DNA of 37,933 bases from PVC group bacterium (GCA_043804695.1 JAZDIV010000080.1:1-37933), one strand, 5' to 3'. Counted from the stretch's first letter, positions 1 to 7,655 are shown. Program-made: numbers and translations. Notes: generated by a model from the letters alone, not told the origin.

Positions 1-1
1 G

Positions 2-40
2 ACATTGAATGAGTGTTTCGAGTCGTTGGTATTGCCTTAA
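2..40 (+). CDS. Possible 3' end of an upstream gene (partial, TLNECFESLVLP*)
   Basis: Open frame ending in TAA at 38-40, followed by the same palindrome that follows the tonB stop. Too short to identify. Confidence 0.3.
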   Translation, partial: TLNECFESLVLP

Positions 41-73
41 CCCGATTTATTAATAAATCGGGTTAGTTTTGAA
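38..73 (+). repeat. Stop-codon-anchored palindrome, copy 1 (possible terminator)
   Basis: taacccgatttat-ta-ataaatcgggtta then gttttgaa; second copy at 12788-12847. Confidence 0.7.
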
Positions 74-86
74 CAATGACAAAGAT

Positions 87-293
87 TAATCGGAAAGATA
101 CGATTATTGAACTCCCGAAACAGGCGAAAAAGCAACCAGGAAAATATTTTGTTTTATTACGCTCAGGGCTTACCGTTGTTTATTGAGCAGTTGCATTTAA
201 ACTAATTCTTGGATAATCATCAGTCTGTTACAAGTTTAAAAAGTACAATTTACTCCAATTCTTTTAAATTAGCGCCGGAGGCGCTAATTTATA
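87..293 (+). repeat. Leader element A, copy 1 (5'-truncated)
   Basis: Near-identical to 4857-5106 and homologous to 10939-11174; ends in taaattagcgcc-GGA-ggcgctaattta 2 nt before an ATG. Confidence 0.9.
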
Positions 294-449
294 ATGAAAG
301 TAAGCTTGCTCAAAGAACTCTGGGATTTCCTGAGAATCAGGAAAAAGTGGTGGCTCCTTCCGATTCTGGTGCTGCTGCTCTTGCTGTTTCTGTTGATCTT
401 TCTGACCAGCAATCCCGCCACCTCTCCCTTCATTTATACTTTATTTTAA
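294..449 (+). CDS. DUF5989-family small membrane protein (51 aa, not in ORF track)
   Basis: Manual translation MKVSLLKELWDFLRIRKKWWLLPILVLLLLLFLLIFLTSNPATSPFIYTLF matches the ELW.FL..RKK.WL.P / PFIYTLF pattern of this family. Confidence 0.85.
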   Translation: MKVSLLKELWDFLRIRKKWWLLPILVLLLLLFLLIFLTSNPATSPFIYTLF

Positions 450-485
450 GCTGAAAGCGTATGCTTTCAGCTTAAAATAAAGTAT
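436..485. terminator. Perfect 23-bp inverted repeat overlapping the DUF5989 stop
   Basis: atactttattttaagctgaaagc-gtat-gctttcagcttaaaataaagtat; terminator role is inferred. Confidence 0.55.
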
Positions 486-630
486 GCAGAAGGCCGCCTT
501 TTGCTATCCGGTGAACCAGAAGGTGTTCCCCGCTTTATTGTGGTCCATTCGGTAAAGCAATTTTTCTGCTGTATAATCTAACCGTGGTATAGTACTCTCC
601 CTGGGGCTAATGCTTATTAATTTTTTAATC

Positions 631-655
631 CAAAATTTTTCGGAGAAAAATTTTG
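631..655 (+). promoter_or_regulatory. cGGAg-triloop hairpin overlapping the smc TTG start
   Basis: caaaatttttc-GGA-gaaaaattttg, perfect 11-bp stem; GGAG lies 7 nt before TTG. Confidence 0.65.
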
Positions 656-3600
656 TATTTAACCAAGATCGAACTGAACGGGTTCAAGTCCTTCGCCGAC
701 AAGACGTCGCTCAAGATCCTGCCCGGGATCACCTCGATCGTCGGCCCCAACGGCTGCGGCAAGACCAACATCGTCGACGCGATCAGCTGGGTCCTGGGAG
801 AGCAGCGGATCAGGCTGCTTCGCGGCTACAAGATGGAGGATGTCATCTTTAACGGCACCTCGGGGCGCCAGCCGGTGGGAATGGCCGAGGTGACCCTCAC
901 TTTCGACAACTCCGACGGCACGCTGCCGGTTGAGTACCGGGAAGTTGGCATTTCCCGCCGCGTCTACCGCTCCGGCGAGAGCGAATATTTTATCAATAAA
1001 AACCCCTGCCGCCTTCGTGACATCAGCGATCTGCTCTTGGGCACCGGTCTGGGAACCCGGGCGTATTCGCTGGTGGGCCAGGGCCGGATCGACCAGATCC
1101 TCCAGGCCCGCCCCGAGGAAAGGAGGCAGCTTCTGGAGGAAGCCGCCCAGATCAGCCGGTACCGGCAGAAGAAGGAAGAATCCCTGCGGAAACTCGAGCA
1201 GACCCAGAACAATCTTCTCCGGATAGAAGACATCCTGAAAGAGGTCAGGCGCCAGCTGTCGATCGCCGATCGCCAGGCCCGCCAGGCCGAGCGGTACCGT
1301 GCCTACCGTGATCGGCTCCGGGAGCTGGAGACGGAAGCGGGTCTCCGGCAGCTGTCCGGATTCCGCCGCCGGTCCCGGGAGCTGGGAGCGGAGAAGGAAC
1401 ACTGGCTGGCAAAATACCGGGCGCTGGAAAAAGAGGTTGAGGAAATCGAAACCGGACTGACGCGGCTGCGGGCCGGCCGCGGGGAGAAGCAGGAGGCGCT
1501 CGCCTCGACGCGGGCCGATCTGATCGGGAACCGGGCGGAGATCGACAAGAGACGGCACCGGATTGAGGTAAACGCCGAGCGGGGGGGTGAACTCAAGCAC
1601 GAGCGTGGGCGGCTGGATGAGGAGATCCGGAAGATCGGGGATTCCCTGGCGGCCGCCCGGAAAGAAACGGGAGATCATGAACGGTCCCGGGAGGGGCTGA
1701 TCGAGGCGAATCAGGCCGCCGCCGAAGCCCTCCGGGGAAAGGAGAAGGAACTGGAGCTTCTGCGCCGCGAGCGGGCGGCGGCGGAGAAAGCGCTGGCGTC
1801 CCTGCAGTCGCAGTCGCTGGAGTTATCGCGCCGGGAAAGCCATCTCCGCAACGAGCTGCTGGGGCTGCAGGCGGGAGGGAAGGAGCTTGCGCTCAGGAAG
1901 AGAAAGCTGGAGGTGGAGCTGGAAAGGGTCGGCGAGGAAGAAGGGGATCTGAAAAAAGAGCTTGCGGAAGCCGAGCCGCTCACCGGGACGGCGGAGAGCG
2001 CTCTCGCCTCCATCCGGGAGCGGTTGGCGGGCGAAAGGACGGCGTCCGCGAAGGCCGAGGAGGAGGCGAGGGCGTTGCGGGTCCGCCGGGAGAGCCTCCT
2101 GGTCGCCGCCGGCGAGCTGGAATCCCGGAAGAGGGCGCTCCAGGAACGGGGCCAGGACGGGTCCGCCGATCTGCTCCTGGCGGCGGTCAGGGAACGGAAA
2201 GCGGACCTGCCGGGGGTGCTCGGCCGCCTGGACGATTTCATCACGATCGAGCCCGGCGGCGAGCGGATGGTCCGCGCCGCCCTGGGGGAGAAAGCCCGCG
2301 CGGTCGTGGCGGTGACCGGATCGGATGCCCTGCGGGCCATTGAGTATTTGCGGGGCAAAAAGACGGGGCCGATCAGGTTTATCGTCCTGGCCTGGCTGCA
2401 GCGCGCCGCGGCCGTCCGGCCCTCCGGCCCCGGCGGTCGGAACGGCGCCGGCCTGTCCCGCCGGATGACCCTTGCCCCTCCCCTGGAAGGCCTGGAGGAA
2501 GCGTTGCTGGAAGGAGAGGTGCCGGTCGTCGAACTCGCCGGGTCGGCCGGGGAAGGGTTCACCCCCTCCCCGGGCCCGGTCGTCACTGTTGAGGGGGCGG
2601 CGATTCTGCCTCCCGGGGTTATCTTCTGGGTCGGCGAGGCGGAACCGGCCGAAGCCTTCGGGCTCCCCGAATTGGAGGCGGAGCTGAAGAGGCTCCGGGC
2701 CGCGAAGGAAGAGGCCGCGGCCGCCGAAAAAGAAATGGAGAAAAGACTGGCCGACCTCCGGGCGAGAGTTGAGGAAACCGTCTGTGACCTGCATCGCCAG
2801 GAGATGGAGGTCGCCCTGGATAACAACGAGCAGGCCCGCCGCCGCCGCGGCCTCCAGAAACTGATTTTGAGCGGCGAGGCGATCAAGAATGAAATCGAGT
2901 CGCTGGCGGAAGAACAGCGCCGGGCCACCGGCCGTTTGGAGCAGCTGGAACTGGAGCTGAAGGAGTGTCCCAGCCGGGATCAGATCGAGGAGGCCCGGCT
3001 CGCCTCGCTCCGGGTCGCTCTCGATGAACGGAACCTCGCCCTCCGCGGCCTGGAGTCGGCGGTCACCGAGATGAAGATCAGCCTGGCCTCCGCCCGGGAG
3101 AGAGAGGACAGCCTGACCGGCCGGCTGGAAAGGCTGTTCGCGGAAAACCGGAACCTGCAGGAGCTGCTGGAGGCCCGCCGCCGCCAGATCGCGGATGACC
3201 AGTCCCGGGAGCGGTCACTGCGGGAAGAGACCGAACAGCTTCGGAAAGATATCGGGGAGCTGGAACTGCAGGTTGACGAACTGAAGTCACGGGTCTCCCT
3301 CGAGGAGGAAGAGATCGGCCGGCTCAACCGGGAATGCGGGGAGAAGGAAGAGGTGTATCAGAAGATCCGCCCCCGGTTTCAGGAGGTGCAGAGCAATCTC
3401 GGTTCCCAGGACGTCACCCTCGCCGAGCTGCGCGTCAAGGAGCAGGCGGTCTGCCAGCGGATACGGGAAAAATATCACATCGAGCTGGATGAACTGGAGC
3501 TCCCGCCCGGAGAGGCCGATCTGGACGCCCTGGCCGGCGAGATCGAGCAGATCCGGGAAAAGATGGACCGGATGACCAGCGTCAACCTGGCGGCCCTCGA

Positions 3601-4201
3601 GGACAAGGAGAATTATGAAGACCGGTTAAAGCTGCTCACCGAACAGAAAAGCGATCTGGAGGCCGCGATCCGGGACATCGATGAGGCCATCACCAGGATA
3701 AACGTGACCGCGCGGGAGAAACTGCAGGCTGCCTACGACACCGTCCGGCAGCATTTCCAGTCTCTCTTTTCGCATCTTTTCGGGGGAGGACTGGCCGACC
3801 TGGTCCTTGATAACGAGAAGGACATCCTCGAATCCGGCCTCGACATCATCGCCCAGCCGCCCGGGAAAAAGCTTTCCCACATATCGCTTCTCTCCGGGGG
3901 CGAGAGGGCCCTCACCACCATCGCCCTGATCTTCGCGCTCTTCAAGGTCCAGCCCAGTCCCTTTTACATCCTGGACGAGATCGACGCCCCCCTCGATGAG
4001 GCCAATATCGGCCGTTTCGTCAACCTGCTCAAGGAGCTGGTGGCCGAGTCCCAGTTCATCATCATCACCCACAACAAGCGTTCGATCAGCGAAGCGGACA
4101 TCCTCTACGGGATCACCATGGAGGAGTCCGGTGTCTCCAAGGTGGTCTCGGTCCGCCTGGGAGCCGGCGCCAAGGCCGAAGAGCCCGTGGAAGCCAGCTG
4201 A
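653..4201 (+). CDS. smc: Chromosome segregation protein SMC
   Basis: GFKSF start, Walker A GPNGCGKTN, long coiled coils with hinge, LSGGE signature, Walker B/D-loop ILDEIDAPLD; 1182 aa. Confidence 0.97.
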   Translation: MYLTKIELNGFKSFADKTSLKILPGITSIVGPNGCGKTNIVDAISWVLGEQRIRLLRGYKMEDVIFNGTSGRQPVGMAEVTLTFDNSDGTLPVEYREVGISRRVYRSGESEYFINKNPCRLRDISDLLLGTGLGTRAYSLVGQGRIDQILQARPEERRQLLEEAAQISRYRQKKEESLRKLEQTQNNLLRIEDILKEVRRQLSIADRQARQAERYRAYRDRLRELETEAGLRQLSGFRRRSRELGAEKEHWLAKYRALEKEVEEIETGLTRLRAGRGEKQEALASTRADLIGNRAEIDKRRHRIEVNAERGGELKHERGRLDEEIRKIGDSLAAARKETGDHERSREGLIEANQAAAEALRGKEKELELLRRERAAAEKALASLQSQSLELSRRESHLRNELLGLQAGGKELALRKRKLEVELERVGEEEGDLKKELAEAEPLTGTAESALASIRERLAGERTASAKAEEEARALRVRRESLLVAAGELESRKRALQERGQDGSADLLLAAVRERKADLPGVLGRLDDFITIEPGGERMVRAALGEKARAVVAVTGSDALRAIEYLRGKKTGPIRFIVLAWLQRAAAVRPSGPGGRNGAGLSRRMTLAPPLEGLEEALLEGEVPVVELAGSAGEGFTPSPGPVVTVEGAAILPPGVIFWVGEAEPAEAFGLPELEAELKRLRAAKEEAAAAEKEMEKRLADLRARVEETVCDLHRQEMEVALDNNEQARRRRGLQKLILSGEAIKNEIESLAEEQRRATGRLEQLELELKECPSRDQIEEARLASLRVALDERNLALRGLESAVTEMKISLASAREREDSLTGRLERLFAENRNLQELLEARRRQIADDQSRERSLREETEQLRKDIGELELQVDELKSRVSLEEEEIGRLNRECGEKEEVYQKIRPRFQEVQSNLGSQDVTLAELRVKEQAVCQRIREKYHIELDELELPPGEADLDALAGEIEQIREKMDRMTSVNLAALEDKENYEDRLKLLTEQKSDLEAAIRDIDEAITRINVTAREKLQAAYDTVRQHFQSLFSHLFGGGLADLVLDNEKDILESGLDIIAQPPGKKLSHISLLSGGERALTTIALIFALFKVQPSPFYILDEIDAPLDEANIGRFVNLLKELVAESQFIIITHNKRSISEADILYGITMEESGVSKVVSVRLGAGAKAEEPVEAS

Positions 4202-4205
4202 CTCC

Positions 4206-4321
4206 ACCCCGCCTCGCCCCCATTTTTAACAGACGATTGAATGTGATTGAATGGGATGGGCGGTTTCCAGTCCGTTCGACGTTCAACGTCGGAAGTTGGA
4301 AGTTCAACGTTGGCCGTTCAT
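4206..4321 (-). repeat. Composite repeat B (heptamer array + ttcaatcacattcaatcgtctg + AAAAGGGGGCGAGG-like motif)
   Basis: Reverse complement has the same module order as 7646-7764 and 8611-8716. Confidence 0.85.
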
Positions 4322-4376
4322 GTCACGTCCTGATTTAAAATTGTCGCTTTTTACCGGTAAAACGTCGTCATACGAT

Positions 4377-4480
4377 GACCCCTGCCGGTTTATCCGGCAG
4401 GTGAATCAGTTCATGAGCTACCGGTTCGCCACACACAAAAAAGACCCCCGCGGCCTTGCGCCGCGGGTGAATGAGTTCAT
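4377..4480 (+). repeat. Two tandem 38-nt GACCCC-hairpin-TGAATNAGTTCAT motifs (IS200/IS605-end-like)
   Basis: 4377-4414 and 4443-4480; further copies at 35488-35525 and 36521-36559; stems covary. Confidence 0.65.
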
Positions 4481-4555
4481 TAGCTATCAAAGTAGCAACT
4501 AAGAACTTTCTCCCCTGCCGCGTAAAGCGGCATTTTTCATATCCAATATTTGCGC

Positions 4556-4584
4556 TTGTCTTTTTCTTGCCGATAACGTATGGT
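4556..4584 (+). promoter_or_regulatory. Putative sigma70 promoter of the riboswitch/rib operon
   Basis: TTGTCT-17 nt-TATGGT; predicted start near 4591 coincides with the aptamer 5' end. Confidence 0.55.
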
Positions 4585-4592
4585 CTTCTCAC

Positions 4593-4711
4593 AATCTTCG
4601 GGGCAGGGTGCGATTCCCGACCGGCGGTGAAAGCCCGCAAACTCCGATAGCTATCGGAGCCGAACCGGCGCGATTCCGGTGCCGACGGTACAGTCCGGAT
4701 GGAAGAAGATT
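4593..4711 (+). promoter_or_regulatory. FMN riboswitch (RFN element) aptamer
   Basis: aatcttcggggcagggtgcgattcccgaccggcggt...gccgacggtacagtccggatggaagaagatt; P1 aatcttc/gaagatt; upstream of riboflavin genes. Confidence 0.95.
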
Positions 4712-4733
4712 CGGAAAAAGGAGCGGTGCCGCA

Positions 4734-4767
4734 TGCCCCGGAGATGGTGTCTCCGGGGTATTTTTTT
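4734..4767 (+). terminator. Intrinsic terminator, riboswitch expression platform
   Basis: tgccccggagat-ggt-gtctccggggta followed by T7. Confidence 0.85.
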
Positions 4768-4795
4768 CTGCGAAAAAATAATAGGCAGTTCTTTT

Positions 4796-4835
4796 AACTT
4801 TAGGCACTTTTAACTTTAGGCACTTTAGGCACTTC
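4796..4835. repeat. 9-mer tandem array (taggcactt)
   Basis: aactttaggcacttttaactttaggcactttaggcacttc; a degenerate inverted unit lies near 6345-6359. Confidence 0.75.
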
Positions 4836-4856
4836 AGAACGTTGCCCGAACGAAGT

Positions 4857-5106
4857 GAGGGCTAAGTTCCTGTTTCGGAATTTCAATAATCGGAAAGATC
4901 CGATTATTGAACTCCCGAAACAGGCGAAAAAGCAACCAGGAAAAAATATTTTGTTTTGTTTTGTTTTATTACACTCAGGATTTACCGTTGTTTATTGAGC
5001 AGTTACATTCAAACTAATTCTTGGGTAATCATCAGTCTGTTACAAGTTTAAAAAGGTACAATTCACTCCAATTCTTCTAAATTAGCGCCGGAGGCGCTAA
5101 TTTATA
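4857..5106 (+). repeat. Leader element A, copy 2
   Basis: 5' hairpin ctgtttcggaatttcaataatcgg/ccgattattgaactcccgaaacag, AT-rich middle, 3' GGA-triloop hairpin at 5078-5104 before the ribBA ATG. Confidence 0.9.
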
Positions 5107-5107
5107 T

Positions 5108-6307
5108 ATGACTTCCTTTGATCCCATAGATAGCCTGGTCGCCGACCTCCAGGCCGGGAAGATGGTCATCCTCACCGACGACGAGAGCCGGGAAAACGAG
5201 GGCGATTTGGTGATGGCGGCGGAGAAGATCACCCCGGAAGCGGTCAACTTCATGATCTCCCGGGGCCGGGGCCTGGTCTGCGTCCCGATGACGGCGGAGC
5301 GCCTGTCCGCGCTGGGCCTGGAGCCGATGGTGAAGAACAACCGCGACACCTTCGGTACCGCGTTTACCGTTTCGGTTGACGCCGCCCAGGGCGTCACCAC
5401 CGGCATTTCGCCGGCCGACCGGGCCCGGACGATCAGGATTCTTTCCGGCCCGGACTCCGGCCCGGGGGACATCGTCACCCCCGGACATGTCTTCCCCCTG
5501 GAAGCCCGTCCCGGCGGTGTCCTGGTCCGGGCCGGCCACACCGAGGCGGCGGTCGACCTGATGCGGCTGGGCGGCCTGATCCCGGCGGGGGTCATCTGCG
5601 AGATCATCAATGACGATGGGACCATGGCCCGTCTCTCCGAGCTGCAGAGGTTCGGGGAGGAGCATGGGCTGAAGATGGGGACGATCGCCGCCCTGATCCG
5701 GGAACGCCGCTCGCGGGAGAAACTGGTTCAGGAAACGGTGACCGCATCGCTCCCGACCGCCTATGGAGATTTTACCCTGAAAATGTTCACCTCGTCGATA
5801 GGGGACGGGGGGCCCCATCTGGCCCTGATCATGGGAGAAGTGGCGGGCAAGGAGAACGTGCTGGTCCGGGTCCACTCGAAATGCCTGACCGGCGATCTTT
5901 TCAAGTCCCGCCGCTGCGATTGCGGCGAGCAGCTTGAATTCGCTCTCAGGAAAGTGGGGGAAGAAGGAAGGGGAGTCATCCTCTACATGGATCAGGAGGG
6001 GAGAGGCATCGGCCTGGAGAGCAAGCTGGCGGCCTACGCTCTCCAGGACCGAGGTTTGGACACGGTTGAGGCCAACGAAGAGCTCGGCTTTGAGGCGGAT
6101 CTGCGGGAGTACGGCATCGGCGCCGAAATCCTCCGCCAGCTCGGACTGAGCAGTATCCGGCTGATGACCAATAACCCCCGCAAGATCATCGGCTTGAAAG
6201 GGTATGGTCTGAGCATCACCGGGATCGTTCCCGTCAAGATCCCCCCCAACAAGCATAATTACCGTTATCTCATGACGAAGAAAAATAAGATGGGGCACCA
6301 TCTCTGA
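5108..6307 (+). CDS. ribBA: Bifunctional DHBP synthase / GTP cyclohydrolase II
   Basis: DDESRENEGD, RAGHTEA, RVHSKCLTGD...RCDCGEQL, QEGRGIGL, LMTNNP. Confidence 0.97.
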   Translation: MTSFDPIDSLVADLQAGKMVILTDDESRENEGDLVMAAEKITPEAVNFMISRGRGLVCVPMTAERLSALGLEPMVKNNRDTFGTAFTVSVDAAQGVTTGISPADRARTIRILSGPDSGPGDIVTPGHVFPLEARPGGVLVRAGHTEAAVDLMRLGGLIPAGVICEIINDDGTMARLSELQRFGEEHGLKMGTIAALIRERRSREKLVQETVTASLPTAYGDFTLKMFTSSIGDGGPHLALIMGEVAGKENVLVRVHSKCLTGDLFKSRRCDCGEQLEFALRKVGEEGRGVILYMDQEGRGIGLESKLAAYALQDRGLDTVEANEELGFEADLREYGIGAEILRQLGLSSIRLMTNNPRKIIGLKGYGLSITGIVPVKIPPNKHNYRYLMTKKNKMGHHL

Positions 6308-6335
6308 AATTTCCCCTGCGGGGAAAATTTCAGAG
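6302..6335. terminator. Hairpin spanning the ribBA stop (cGCAg loop on minus strand)
   Basis: ctctgaaatttcccc-tgc-ggggaaaatttcagag; no T-tract, function uncertain. Confidence 0.4.
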
Positions 6336-6470
6336 TGAAGTTCAAAGTGTCTAAAGTTGCCCGACCCGGCAAAACTCCCCCAAGGATCACATTCAATCAA
6401 AATATAAAAACATCGAATACCGGATAAGTAACAAAGCTTTCCCCAAAAAACCTCTGATTGGAGTGAATAC

Positions 6471-6544
6471 AAGGGTCCGAGGTAGAGGCCAAAAAATCCT
6501 ATTCAATCACATTCAATCGTCTGATAAAAGCGGCGAGATAGAGG
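6471..6544 (+). repeat. Partial composite repeat B
   Basis: aagggtccgaggtagagg...ttcaatcacattcaatcgtctg...aaaagcggcgagatagagg, parallel to 13318-13399. Confidence 0.8.
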
Positions 6545-6578
6545 CTGTATTCGTCTGTTCAACCAAGGGAGGGAAGCG

Positions 6579-7043
6579 ATGAAAATTTATGAAGGCAAAC
6601 TGAACGCGGCCGGGCTGAAGTTCGGCCTCGTCATCAGCCGGTTCAACGAATTCATCACCGGAAAGCTGCTGGAAGGAGCCCTCGACGCCCTGAAAAGAAA
6701 CGGCGCCGCGGAAGATGATATCGAGGCCGCCTGGGTCCCCGGGTCCTGGGAGATTCCGGCGGCGGCCGCCCGGATGGCCCGGAGCCGCCGGTATGACGCG
6801 ATCATCTGCCTGGGAGCGGTGATTAAGGGGGCGACCGCCCACTGGCAGTACATCAGCACCCAGGTCACCCGGGGGATTGCCGCCGTCGGACAGGAAAGCT
6901 CTCTCCCCGTATCGTACGGGCTGATCACGCCCGATACCCTGGAGCAGGCGATCGAGAGAGCGGGGACCAAGGCCGGCAACAAGGGCTTTGATGCCGCGAT
7001 GGCCGCGATCGAGATGGCGAACCTGTTCAAGGAACTGGCATAG
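6579..7043 (+). CDS. ribH: 6,7-dimethyl-8-ribityllumazine synthase
   Basis: [48 protein letters not shown] upstream. Confidence 0.97.
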   Translation: MKIYEGKLNAAGLKFGLVISRFNEFITGKLLEGALDALKRNGAAEDDIEAAWVPGSWEIPAAAARMARSRRYDAIICLGAVIKGATAHWQYISTQVTRGIAAVGQESSLPVSYGLITPDTLEQAIERAGTKAGNKGFDAAMAAIEMANLFKELA

Positions 7044-7095
7044 GGTTCAGGGGACAGGGTTCAGGGGACACGGTTCAGGGGACAGGGTTCAGGGG
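7042..7095. repeat. 14-bp (2x7) tandem array (agggttcaggggac)x~4
   Basis: Seen directly; begins inside the ribH stop codon. Confidence 0.9.
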
Positions 7096-7104
7096 CTGCC
7101 CGGA

Positions 7105-7151
7105 ATGGCCGCGATCAAGATGGCGAACCGTTTCAAGGAGTTAGCATAGGG
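7105..7151 (+). pseudogene. Duplicated 3' end of ribH (MAAIKMANRFKELA*)
   Basis: 41 of 47 nt identical to 6999-7045. Confidence 0.85.
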
Positions 7152-7216
7152 CAGAGAGCATAGGGCATAGCGCCCTGAGGCAGGTTACGCTATGCCCTCT
7201 GCGCTCTGCGCTATGC
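7144..7216. repeat. Inverted pair of heptamer arrays (gcatagg/gcagaga versus gctatgc/gctctgc)
   Basis: 29-nt arms with 3 mismatches around a 15-nt spacer. Confidence 0.85.
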
Positions 7217-7238
7217 GATTTCCCGGAGGAAAATTTTA

Positions 7239-7655
7239 ATGAGCAGACGACGGCAGGCGAGGGAGCTGGCGCTCCAGTTTCTTTACGGCTACGACCTGAA
7301 CCGGAAGGAGCTGACGGAGGCGTCGGCCGACTTCTGGAAGGGGAAGAATCTTCCCGCTGACGTGCGCCGGTTTGCCGGGGAACTGATCGACGGCACCGTC
7401 GCCCATCTCGATCAGATCGACCGGGTCATCGCCGATCATGCCCGGAACTGGAAGCTTTCCCGGCTCGCCCTGGTCGACAAGCAGATCTTGCGCCTGGCGC
7501 TCTACGAACTCTACTACCGCGATGACATTCCTCCCCTGGTTACCATCAACGAGGCGGTGGAGATCGCGAAGAAATTCAGCACGGACCAGTCCGGCCACTT
7601 CGTCAACGGCATTCTGGACAAGGTTCGGGAAGAAATTGAAAAGAATGAACGTTGA
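7239..7655 (+). CDS. nusB: Transcription antitermination factor NusB
   Basis: RRRQARELALQFLY, NWKLSRLALVDKQILRLA, INEAVEIAKKF, FVNGILD; follows ribH. Confidence 0.96.
   Translation: MSRRRQARELALQFLYGYDLNRKELTEASADFWKGKNLPADVRRFAGELIDGTVAHLDQIDRVIADHARNWKLSRLALVDKQILRLALYELYYRDDIPPLVTINEAVEIAKKFSTDQSGHFVNGILDKVREEIEKNER

Noticed and set aside
209..454. 81-aa ORF from the track
   Set aside because: Starts inside repeat element A and overlaps the convincing DUF5989 frame (294-449).
659..4207. Long antisense and alternate-frame ORFs over smc (339, 405, 323, 193 aa)
   Set aside because: Shadow ORFs typical of GC-rich coding DNA; no motifs.
4113..4807. Short ORFs between smc and ribBA
   Set aside because: Translations of heptamer repeats, hairpins and the riboswitch.
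5102..6472. 456-aa minus-strand ORF
   Set aside because: Antisense shadow of ribBA.
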